DNA of 41,583 nucleotides from Octopus sinensis (Eukaryota). The stretch's first letter is position 1. Each line of letters starts with the position of its first letter. The DNA is taken from NCBI RefSeq assembly GCF_006345805.1, contig NW_021835230.1, forward strand, positions 1-41,583, in the 5' to 3' direction. The translations under genes and the position numbers were made by a program. This document shows, one piece after another, positions 1 to 10,455 of the stretch. The notes beneath the pieces were generated by a model, which saw only the letters and a program-made list of their open reading frames with translations, ran no database searches and was not told where the DNA came from.

Positions 1-1155
1 ACTGATTCTAGGAGTGAAAGGGAGAGTCTTGAAGATGACTCCAAGTTTTGCGGTCCTGCAGCTGCCACCACCGAGGAAAACATTGATCATGTTAGTTAGT
101 TAGTTAATTTTTGGCTCAAAAAGCAAGGCCATGTAGGGGGACATGGATTTATGTACAGGGTGGTGCTCATGTAAAGAGTTCAGGCCACTTGTGGTCAAGG
201 GAGACTTTGAACCGAGCGGTCGTCGGCATCTTCACCATCTCGTCCGGCAGCTTATTCCACGGATCTGCAACCCGGACGGAGAAAGCCCCTCTCCTTCGAT
301 TGAGATGAAATCGTCGCAGATAGAGCTTTTCGGAGTGACCCCGCAGCCGACGCTCTGGAGCAGGAGTGAAGAACATCTCTTTCGAGAGGTTACACTTTCC
401 ATGTTGTCACCACATGGTGATGGGCAACAGGCGAATGACTATAAATCAAATAGCCAAATACTATTAGCATATCTGATGAGAGTTAAGAACATTTTGTACA
501 ATAAACTTCGCACGATGACGGTTTCTGCTCAGTAGGTGACCACATGGAAAACCTGATATTGTTTGAGACAGACCCAGCTGGTTACCTTGAACGTTTTCTA
601 ACCCAGGATGAGTGGTAGGTTCATCAATTTGAGCCAGAAACAAAGATATAATCCGTGCAATGGACACATCCTTCTTCACCTGCTCCAAAGGAGGCCATGG
701 TCGTTTCATCTTCAATTAAGGTAATGTCCTCAGTTTCTTTTTAAGATGCAAAAGGCATTGTTTTTATTGCCTATCTTCAAAAGGGCCACGCTATCAATGG
801 AGAGTACAATGCCAAATTGCCGAGGCAGTTACGAACCGGGAAAGCTGACGAAAGGGGTTTTTGTTCAGCCAGGACTCTGGCTCAGCATACAAGTCCTTGG
901 TTTCAATGGAGTTGGTATACATGACCGTGACTTTGAACTGGTTGACCACCCACTCTTTTCTCCTGATTTGACCCCATATGACTATCATCTGTTTCCCAAC
1001 GTGAAAAATGCACTTGGTTGGAGTGTCGCAATGATGGTGTCGTCATATCTATTGTTGAGGACGTTTTAATCAACAGGCTGAAAGATTCTTCATCAATGTA
1101 ATCCAAACACTGCAACACCGATGATTGAAGTGTGTGGAATGCAAGTGAGAATGTA
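1..1155 (+). mobile_element. Decayed mariner (DD34D) transposase remnant, interrupted by a LINE at 94-399
   Basis: Manual translation across stops and frameshifts gives RESLEDDSKFCGPAAATTEENIDHV (19-93), HHMVMGNRRMTINQIA, ENLILFETDPAGYLERFLTQDEW*VHQFEPETK, DAKGIVFIAYLQKGHAINGEY and DHPLFSPDLTPYDYHLFPN. The last matches the mariner HPPYSPDLAPSDYHLF motif. TIRs not seen. Confidence 0.92.
94..399 (-). mobile_element. 5'-truncated CR1-like LINE 3' end with (TAAC)n tail
   Basis: ORF 167-376(-) LRGHSEKLYLRRFHLNRRRGAFSVRVADPWNKLPDEMVKMPTTARFKVSLD is a typical CR1-group ORF2 C-terminus. It is followed by a short 3'UTR and a (TAAC)n tail at 94-105. CATGTT flanks both sides (88-93, 400-405). Confidence 0.9.
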
Positions 1156-1464
1156 TCCATCGCTCCCGAATGGGACTTGCAATGAGCTGTCTCGCACCTA
1201 TATGATGTTCAGGTGTTTTAACACCTGGTGCTTTCAGAGAGTCATCTCCACCGTGTCAAATCGTTGCCTACCGTCGAACAAGTGAAGTACATACACTGAG
1301 TATGAGTCTTCAATAATGTTTACAACACTAACTTCTAATTCATATTTGAATATATGGTGTAATATATATCGTATATTCAAATATATATAATATATATATA
1401 TAATATATATATATATATTATATAATATATATATATTATATATATATATTATATATATATATAT

Positions 1465-1679
1465 GCACTATAGTTAATCCAAACAAGAAAGCACGAAAAA
1501 CACAACAAAACGCGAGGACGTGGAACAAATATAGTATTATTGGACGCTCAGGAAAGAGGAAAGAAGAGGGTTTAACGTTTCGAGCGGAGCTCTTCGTCGG
1601 AAACATAGGAGAAGGAAAGATCCAGAGAAGGGAAGACAGAGGAAAAAAATCGCCAACGGTACACACGAGGTCACATTTT
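1465..1679 (-). mobile_element. ~215-bp Penelope-like (pLTR-type) element embedded in (TA)n
   Basis: Flanked by (TA)n on both sides. Contains a hammerhead-like motif (1570-1604) and the TCCTGAGCG...TAATAC motif shared with 8348-8571 and 37944-38140. PLE assignment is inferred from the ribozyme architecture. Confidence 0.6.
1570..1604 (-). ncRNA. Minimal type-I hammerhead ribozyme-like motif, U4C core variant
   Basis: Minus strand reads GUUU CCGACGAA GAGC ucc GCUC GAA ACGU U AAAC. Stem I is GUUU/AAAC, stem II GAGC/GCUC, stem III the palindrome ACGU, and the predicted cleavage triplet GUU. Confidence 0.65.
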
Positions 1680-2299
1680 ATATATATATAAATATATATA
1701 TATACATACATATATAGTCAACTGGAAACGGTGTATCCTGTGGCTAAATAGCAATAGCATTTTTTTCCTTTCCTATATATGTGTATGTGTGTATGTATGT
1801 ATATTACATGCATATACACATCACATGCATACGCATATAGGATCACACTACTACTTCCTTCAGTCCATCCATCTATTTTCTCCATCTCTCCATATAGACA
1901 TAAATACTTACATTCATACATGTATACATACATTTATACAGCAATAGAAACATCCATCAATCCATCCGCTCACCCACACATCCATCCACCCATCCATCCA
2001 TCCATCTTTCCATCCATCCATCCATCCATACATACATACATACATACATACATACACGCGTATATGCATTTACCTCATAGCGCAAGACATATATGACATC
2101 ATATCGCTTACGAATTCCATGTTGCTGTCGAAGATGCAAAGATTGACTCACAAGTCCGCGATAAAATTATATGTTAAAGAGAAGAAAGACACGAGCCATC
2201 CATCAATGCCTGAAGATAATTCCATTACAATGACGTGGGTGTTCTTTTGGTTTTGCTTGACGTGAACGAGATGATTGGGAGCGGGAAATAAGCATACAT

Positions 2300-2632
<333 letters not shown>

Positions 2633-2675
2633 AATGACTGAAAACGAATAAAAGAACATATATATATATATATAT

Positions 2676-3801
2676 GTTCTTTTATTCGTTTCAGTCATTT
2701 GACTGCGGCCTTGCTGGAGCATCGTCTTCAGTCGAGCAAATCGACCCCAGGAATATTCTTTGTAAGCCTAGTACTTATTCTATCGGTCTCTTTTTTGGCG
2801 AACCGCCTGTTAACGGGGGAACTAAACACACCAGCATAAGTTGTCAAGTGATGTTGGGGGTGGGGTGGCAAACACAGACACATAAACCCCCACAAACACA
2901 CACACAAATATATATATATATACGTCTATTCAATATGTCATTGGCGACGGGTGTTATACCTGCGGACTGGAGAACAGCGATAATCTGCCCAATTTTCAAG
3001 AAAGGGATCGCCGAAGACCCGCTTAACTACCGACGGTTTCCCTTACATCAATAATCAGAAAGATGTTCGAAACCATCCTTAAGAAAAGTATGATGCTCCA
3101 CCTCCTAAACACAGCCTCTATCTCTGATTCCCAACACGGCTTCGTTCCGAAGAGATCATGCTTGACCAACTTACTGGTAATGGAAGAATTGGTGACGCGC
3201 ATCCTCGATGATAGTGATGCTGTTGACATCGTTTTATTGGACTTTGCCAAAGCTTTTGACTCGATAAACCACCGCCTATTACTTGTCAAGCTTCAAGCAT
3301 ATAGTTTCCATCCGGATATTGTACGATTGGTTGGTGCCTTCCTCTCAGATCGCTCCTTCCAAGTCCAAGTTAATGGTTCGCGGTCCGACGTCTCCAGTGC
3401 GAGCAGTGGCGTACCTCAAGGTTCAGTGCTTGGGACCTTATTGTTCTTAGTCTTCATAAATGACTTGCCCGATGACCTCACGCAACACACCCTTCTATTT
3501 GCCGACGATGTCAAACTGGTCGCTCCTCGCGGTGATATAGAGGATCTTCGTCGATGCCTCCACCAAATTTGGAGATGGTCTAACGAATGGGACCTGTGTC
3601 TGAACGTGTCAAAGTGCTGTCATCTGCCTGTTGGCTCTCCTCCTGCAACTCAACTTGATTTCGAGCCGGGTCGTCTGCTGCTGGAGAGGACCGATCAGGT
3701 AAAAGACCTGGGTATCTTGATGGATTTCTCCTTTTCGCCTTCGGGGGACTGAACCGGAGCCATGTGGTTGATAAGCACGTTATTGACCACATAGCCACTC
3801 C
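2676..3801 (-). mobile_element. tRNA-derived SINE family A copy whose middle is replaced by a LINE RT fragment
   Basis: The 3' half (2676-2922) and 5' head (3745-3801, GGGACTGAACC...CCACATAGCCACTCC) are collinear with full-length copies such as 9349-9813. The central segment is absent. Confidence 0.8.
2923..3744 (+). mobile_element. Internal CR1-like LINE reverse-transcriptase fragment (one frameshift)
   Basis: RLFNMSLATGVIPADWRTAIICPIFKKG, QHGFVPKRSCLTNLL, LDFAKAFDSINH, GVPQGSVLGTLLFLVFINDL and LFADDVKL are non-LTR RT motifs. A 1-nt deletion near 3035 shifts the frame. No 3' tail. Confidence 0.95.
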
Positions 3802-4324
3802 ATGTTGATATATCTATCTTTCTCCCTCCCTGGCTCACTATATATATATATATTCAGATACTCACATACACACACACATACATACATACACATATACATA
3901 TGTACGTACAAACATACATACATACATACATACATACATACATACATACATTTATTCATACATAAATACACACATACACACAAACATATATAAAATGTCG
4001 CAATTCAAAATTCATCTGAAAAATTATTCATAGATATTACCGCAAGACAAGAAAAAGAAAAGAAAAAAGAGGAAAGAAAAGATGAGAAAGAAGAAGGTGA
4101 AGAAATAGTCACAAACATTTATATATGCCTTCCCTCCACCCGACAACTTACAGCCACCCTATCAAGATAACACATTTCATTACCATAAAACACCCACATA
4201 TATTCCGGGGTATCTATTTGCTGATAACGGCTTATTACAGATATAAAAGTGTATCGATGTACTGCGGCTCGTTTTAAAATTTCTCATTTACTCACAAATA
4301 TATCTTATTTATTATCATTTAGCC

Positions 4325-5070
4325 CAGCTGATGCCGGACAAAATGCTTGAGAGTATTTCATCCGTCTTTTCCTTCTGAGTGCAAATTCCGCCAGGGTTGA
4401 TAAAATAAGTAGCAGAGGACGATGTAGTCAACTGAAAAACCTCACCAGAAATTGCTGGCCTTCTGCCAAAGTTTGAAGCCATCACTATTTGCCTGGCTAA
4501 CGCCGAACTAAATGCTTGCAGTATCTCGTCCGTCTTTAAGCTTTGCGTTCAAGTTCTGTCAAAGCCGACTTTGCCTTTCATCCTTTCGGGGTCGACGAAA
4601 TAAGTACCAGATAAGCACTGGGGATTGATGTAATCGATTTGCTCCCTCCCCCAAAAATTTCAGGCCTTGTGCCTATAATTTTGAGCTGGCAGAATCGTTG
4701 TCCCGCCGGATAAAATGCTTAGCGGCTTCTTTTCCGGCTCTTCACGTTCCAAGTTTGAATACCTATTTCTTTACTACCCACAAGGAGCTAACACAGAGGG
4801 GACAAACAAGGACAGACAAACGGATTAAGTCGATTACATCGACCCCAGTGCGTAACTGGTACTTAATTTATCGACTCCGAAAGGATAAAAGGCAAAGTCG
4901 ACCTCGGCGGAATTTGAACTCAGAACGTAGCGGCAGATGAAATACCGCTAAGCATTTCGCCCGGCGTGCTAACGTTTCTGCCAGCTCGCCGCCTTTCCAA
5001 GTTTAAATACCGTCCTTTTGAGGGTCAGTGAAATAAAGTACCAGTTGAGTACCGATGTAAGTGATTAGAC
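4325..5070 (+). mobile_element. Cluster of old SINE family B (CORE-like) copies in tandem
   Basis: Repeated AAATGCTT..GTAT heads and the GCCTTTCATCCTTTCGGGGTCGA...AAGTACCAG body. The third copy is split by the young copy at 4764-4994. Confidence 0.7.
4764..4994 (-). mobile_element. Young full-length SINE family B with 17-bp TSD
   Basis: Minus strand begins GGCGGCGAGCTGGCAGAAACGTTAGCACGCCGGGCGAAATGCTTAGCGG with a B-box-like GTTCAAATTCC. Flanks are TTCCAAGTTTGAATACC (4747-4763) and TTCCAAGTTTAAATACC (4995-5011). Confidence 0.9.
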
Positions 5071-5592
5071 CCCCACCCCACCCCACTCCACCCATCAAAA
5101 TTCATACTCTGTGCCTTGAGTACAAAGAAATATTAATCTGACTATTAGGAAAATTATTATCGAGAAGAGTTGTGTGTGTGGGGGGGGGGGTCAAGGGTGT
5201 GTGTATGAAGTCGTGTGGGAATTCATTCTGAAGTCACAGTTTCGATCTTACCGCGCGGAGCATATTAATCTAAAATCTCACGTCTGTTATGGCCTCGGAC
5301 TGACCGAAGCTCTAAGTAAATTTGGGTTGTTGGTAAATGGGCCTCTTTCCTTCGGTTCGTAGCGTAGAAGATGTATGTTTGTGTGTGTGTGTGTTGTGTG
5401 TGGTGTGGTGGGGGGAAGGAAGTGAGGCATCGGTCCACCCCAGGCTATGCATTTGTGGAGGCGGCACTTTTTGGTGAGTGAAGGTCCCGGGGGCCCAGGA
5501 GATGGAGGTGGAAATGTCAAGTGCGGCCTCGGCCGCGACGCACTCTATTTCCGCGACTGCCTCAGATGTCTGTACTAATATTTCCCTGGGTA

Positions 5593-5626
<34 letters not shown>

Positions 5627-6101
5627 CCTCTCTCTTTCACACACACACCCATACACTCGCTCGCATGTGTATACAGATTCATACAGACATACATACATAT
5701 ATACATGCATCTTTAGTGTTCATATTAATCTGTCAAATGTAATCCTTATTCGTTCACGTTATTTTGAATTAGTCAGGTTCTAGAGGGGTGTACACAATAT
5801 TTTGCTTGTTACTTCGTAAATTTTTACATACAGATTTGAAATTTTGTCAGTGGGTGCTTCTATACCACTGGTTTATAGTTATGTAATTTTAGTTGATCTT
5901 GCTGAGTAAATTTGACTTTTATGGGCAGCTAAGTTTAATTAACAGGTGTAAAAGCAATAACATTATGGATAAACACTAAAATTAAAATTCTTAATGCATC
6001 TCACCTGTTTGATTTGTTACTAAAATTATCCCAGATGTCAACCGACAAAAATTTTGTGTTTAAATGTACACTATTTTATATTGAATAATATGTCGTCTAT
6101 A

Positions 6102-6148
6102 GTCTTACAGATGTTTCTGAGATATTATGAATATCCTTCATCAGAGAC
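6102..6148 (-). ncRNA. Type-I hammerhead ribozyme-like motif with canonical CUGAUGA core
   Basis: Minus strand reads GUCU CUGAUGA A GGAUAUU cau AAUAUCU CA GAA ACAUCUGU A AGAC. Stems I and II pair, stem III is one change from the palindrome ACAGCUGU, and the triplet is GUA. It lies in AT-rich pLTR-like sequence (~5780-6200). Confidence 0.65.
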
Positions 6149-6808
6149 AGTGTGATAAAGTGTTTGAGTTCGAATTATTGAGGAAAAGATGTTTGATATA
6201 TATACACACATACTTAGATAAGTTTCGACCAGTATTGGCCCAGGCCATGTCTAACTTAAAAGCACCACGAGCATATGTTGGTGTATAAGAAGCACTCTTG
6301 CAAAAGACGCACGCTATTTTATCACTGTTTTTTTTTCATTTTAAATCATGCATCCGTGATAAACGAGGATAGATGTACGTGATTGTTACTTTTAACTTTT
6401 TGTCGAGACATCGGGAAGGTGAAAGTTAACTTTAGCAGGATTTGAACACAGAGCGTAAAGGGCCATAATTAAATGACCTCCGTCTTTAGGCATTTAGACT
6501 GCCGGCGGTGGTGGTCGTGTCCACGGCAGTGGTGCTATTGTACTAATTCTGTGAGTCTGTCTGCGCCACCGCCGCCGCCGCCTTTAGATAGCATTATAAA
6601 TATTAAATGGCGTCAAACACCAGACAGAGCAAAAAGAAAAAGAAAAAAACCATATTAGGAAAAAGAAACGACAAAAACACACCAAGATGCATAACATAAC
6701 GATTGCTAATTGATTGCTACCACCAACACCAGAACCACTACCAGTACCACCAGCACCACCAGCACCAGCAGCAGCACCACCACCACTACTACTACAACTA
6801 CTACAGAG

Positions 6809-6872
6809 CTTCCTATATATATATATATATATATATAGGCAGTAAGTAGGTAGAGGAAGATATAATATATAT

Positions 6873-6911
<39 letters not shown>

Positions 6912-7257
6912 TCTCCTCTACCTATTACCTGCCTACCTACTTACCTACCTACCTACCTACCTACCAATCTACATATCTATCTATCTACCTATAATATATA
7001 TATATATATATATATATAGGCAGGTAAGTAGGTAGGTAGAGGAAGATATATATATATATATATATATATATATCTTCCTCTACCTACTTACCTGCCTACC
7101 TACCTACCTGCCTACCAACCTACCTACCTACCTACCTACCAATCTACATATCTATCTATCTACCTACCTACCTACCTACCAACTTATCTATTTATCTTTC
7201 CGTCCATTTCTCTCCCAAACTCTCTCTCTCAATCTTTCCCTCTTTCTCTCTCTCCTC

Positions 7258-7300
<43 letters not shown>
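6809..7300. repeat. Compound (TA)n/(TACC)n/(TATC)n/(TC)n array with local fold-back duplications
   Basis: AGGCAG(G)TAAGTAGGTAGAGGAAGA and its reverse complement flank (TA)n tracts twice. Confidence 0.9.
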
Positions 7301-7303
<3 letters not shown>

Positions 7304-7845
7304 GACCAATTTGTTTGCAATTAGTTTCGTTCGAATTTCTTTTTGTTATTTATTATTTCATTTTGTTTCTTTATTTCTTTTGCTGGCAACAATTGGTCTC
7401 AACTAATTGGGTAGTTGTTATAGTGTTAATATATTTTCGACTGTTTAGAGAGAGAAATAAGAGGAGAGAGAGAAAGAAGGGGAGAAAGAGAGAGTGAGAG
7501 GGATATGGAGGACAAACCTGGCAATGTTTTATTAATGACTTTTCTCAGTTATATGATATACCATGTTATGTCAATGTTTCATTCTTCTTTTCTTTGTTTT
7601 CTGTTTTGTTTTATTTGTTGCTACTGCTGTTGTTGTTGTTGGTGGTGGTGGTGGTGGTAGTGGTGGTGGTGAGTTGGTGGCGAGTTGGTGGCATTTAGTG
7701 GTATTTGGAGGCGGTGGGTAATGTCGCTAGAGTAGTCTGTTTTGCTTGACTTTTAGAATTGAACGTAAGAGAAATGCGATAGAAACAGCTGAACGCAAAT
7801 TGAAACAGAGCGAGAGCAAGAACGTGAAAAAAGATCGATTCGATA

Positions 7846-7965
7846 CACATATACACACACATGCACACATACATCATACATACATACATACATACATACA
7901 CACACACCACACACACACACATACATACATACATACATACATACATACATACATACATACATACA

Positions 7966-7996
<31 letters not shown>
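7846..7996. repeat. (TACA)n/(CA)n microsatellite
   Basis: Direct inspection. Confidence 0.97.
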
Positions 7997-8192
7997 GTAA
8001 TTACATTGTAATTGCACATGTGTCGTTAGCGATGTCTTCTTTGAACTTTTCCCTTTCTCCTTTCCGACGAAGAGCTAAGTGTGAAACACTAAACTCTTTC
8101 CTTTCACCGACGTCTAGCTAACACGTTTCTTATGCATGTCTTCATGTTGTCCGTTTTTACTCGTTTATTTGAATCGTTAGTTTATTTCAATT

Positions 8193-8252
<60 letters not shown>

Positions 8253-8268
8253 GTCAATATGAAATATA

Positions 8269-8346
<78 letters not shown>

Positions 8347-8347
8347 C

Positions 8348-8571
8348 GCCATGTTGGATCGTTAGCTCCTACACGCATTTTTTCTCTCTCTCCTTGATTC
8401 TTTTCTGTGTATCTTTCTGTTGAAGAGCGTAGGCTCGAAACGTAAAAGACTATTCTATTCCTGAGCGCCATACTAATACAATTGTTTGTTTGTACTCCAC
8501 CTGCCTTCGTGTTTTGTTTATTTTCGTAAACCTGCCTTCGTCTTTTGTTTATTTTCGTAAACCTTCCCGTT
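8348..8571 (+). mobile_element. ~200-bp Penelope-like element embedded in (TA)n, with a 31-bp internal tandem duplication
   Basis: Near-identical to the reverse complement of 37944-38140 (GCCATGTTG.ATCGT.AGC.CCTACACGCA...AAACCTTCCCGTT). (TA)n lies on both sides. The duplication is 8500-8530/8531-8561. Confidence 0.75.
8412..8449 (+). ncRNA. Minimal type-I hammerhead ribozyme-like motif, A6U core variant
   Basis: UCUUU CUGUUGAA GAGC guag GCUC GAA ACGU A AAAGA: 5-bp stem I, 4-bp stem II, palindromic stem III, GUA triplet. Confidence 0.6.
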
Positions 8572-8595
8572 ATATATATATATATATATATATAT

Positions 8596-8632
<37 letters not shown>

Positions 8633-9348
8633 TATATATATATATATGTTTATGTATATGTATGTATATATATATATATATATAACAAGAAAATGAGATG
8701 ACAAAGGAATAAACAATTATCTTATGAAACTCAGTATCTTTACAGCTGTTTCTGAGACAAGATACATTCTTAATACTGCTACTGCTCTGTACTTGAACTA
8801 CGCTTCGTACTGAAGTATATGCATATTGAGTACTACACTAGGTTACTTGTCTTGCAATGTCCAAGTGCATTTCACCTTTATAAGTAGGCAGCTACATCCT
8901 TGGTACTTGTGTGAATTTTTGCTACCCTGGTAACTATTCATTTATTTTCCCGTGTTATTAGTAAACGCTGAAAACACACACACACACACACAGACACCAC
9001 ACACACACACACAAACACACACACACAAACACACACACACATATATAGATAGATTGATTGATAAATAGATAGATAGAAGTATATATGTATGTGTGTGTAT
9101 GTATATATGTCATTGTGCCTGTATTTGTCCCCCACGCCAGTTGACAACCGGTGCTGGTGTGTTTACATCCTCGTTAAATTGTAGTTCGGCAAAAGAGACC
9201 GATAAAGCAAGTATCAGACTTTGAAAATATAAATACTGGGGTCGATTCATTCGACTAAAATTTCTTCAAGCCAGTGCTGCCTTAAACATCCAAGTCTGCC
9301 GATTCAATCAAAGTTAAGAATATATTTTTAAAAAATATGCATTCACTA

Positions 9349-9581
9349 TACTCTTTACTCTTTTACTTGTTTCAGTCATTTGACTGCAGCCATGCTGGAG
9401 CACCGCCTTTAGTCGAGAAAATCGACCGCGGGACCTATTCTTTGTAAGCCCAATACTTATTCTATCGGTCTCTTTTGCCGAACCGCTAAGTTACGGGGGA
9501 CGTAAACACACCAGCATCGGTTGTCAAGCAATGCTAGGGGGACAAACACAGATACACAAACATAGACACACACATACACAC

Positions 9582-9648
<67 letters not shown>

Positions 9649-9813
9649 TACGACAGGCTTCTTTCAGTTTCCGTCTACCAAACCCACTCACAAGGCATTG
9701 GTTGGCCCGAGGCTATAGCAGAAGACACTTGCCCAAGATGCCACGCAATGGGACTGAACCCAGAACCATGTGGTTGGTTAGCAAGCTACTTACCACACAG
9801 CCACTCCTGCGCC
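9349..9813 (-). mobile_element. Full-length SINE family A
   Basis: tRNA-like head GGCGCAGGAGTGGCTGTGTGGTAAGTAGC...GGTTCAGTCCC, internal (TA)n/(TG)n, and tail GGCGGTGCTCCAGCATGGC.GCAGTCAAATGACTGAAAC(AAGAGTA)n. Confidence 0.95.
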
Positions 9814-10052
9814 TGGTATAATCAATAAATAAAGTATAAGGAAAGGAAAAAAAAAAATAGTAAACGATCTTTTAATACAAAGTTGGTACAAATGCAATAA
9901 AGATTCTACAAGTTGTTTCCAAGCCTAATTAATTCCAAAACAAAACGAAAATATAAGCCTTACGAAAGCAAAATTAAGCTTTTCTTCAGGAATTCATTAC
10001 TGGTATGAATGGGTTCGACCAGTAAAAGTTTTAAAACCTTTATATGTATATA

Positions 10053-10455
10053 GGCGCAGGAGTGGCTGTGTGGTAAGTAGCTTGCTTACCAACCACATGG
10101 TTCCGGGTTCAGTCCTACTGCGTAGCACCTTGGGCAAGTGTCTTCTACTATAGCCTCGGGCCGACCAAAGCCTTGTGAGTGGATTTGGTAGGCGGAAACT
10201 GAAAGAAGCCCGTCGTATATATATAATATTATATATATATATATATATATATGTATGTGCATGTATGTTTGTGTGTCTGTGTTTGTCCCCCTAGCATTGC
10301 TTGACAACCGATGCTGGTGTGTTTATGTCCCCGTCACTTAGCGGTTCGGCGAAACAGACCGATAGAATAAGTACTAGGCTTCCAAAGAATAAGTCCCAGG
10401 ATCGATTTGCTTGACTAAAGGCGGTGCCCCAGCATGGCCGCAGTCAAAAGAGTAT
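10053..10455 (+). mobile_element. SINE family A (inverted relative to 9349-9813)
   Basis: Same head, body and tail as the other family A copies; the tail is truncated. Confidence 0.95.

Noticed and set aside
2152-2209. Possible next exon (ttatcttcag|...CTT|gtgagt; phase-compatible [19 protein letters not shown])
   Set aside because: A short open frame with plausible sites is expected by chance in 10 kb and the peptide is unrecognisable; RNA data are needed.
10053-10125. tRNA genes at SINE heads (also 19221, 41377)
   Set aside because: They have A/B-box-like motifs but no complete cloverleaf, and they continue into SINE bodies.
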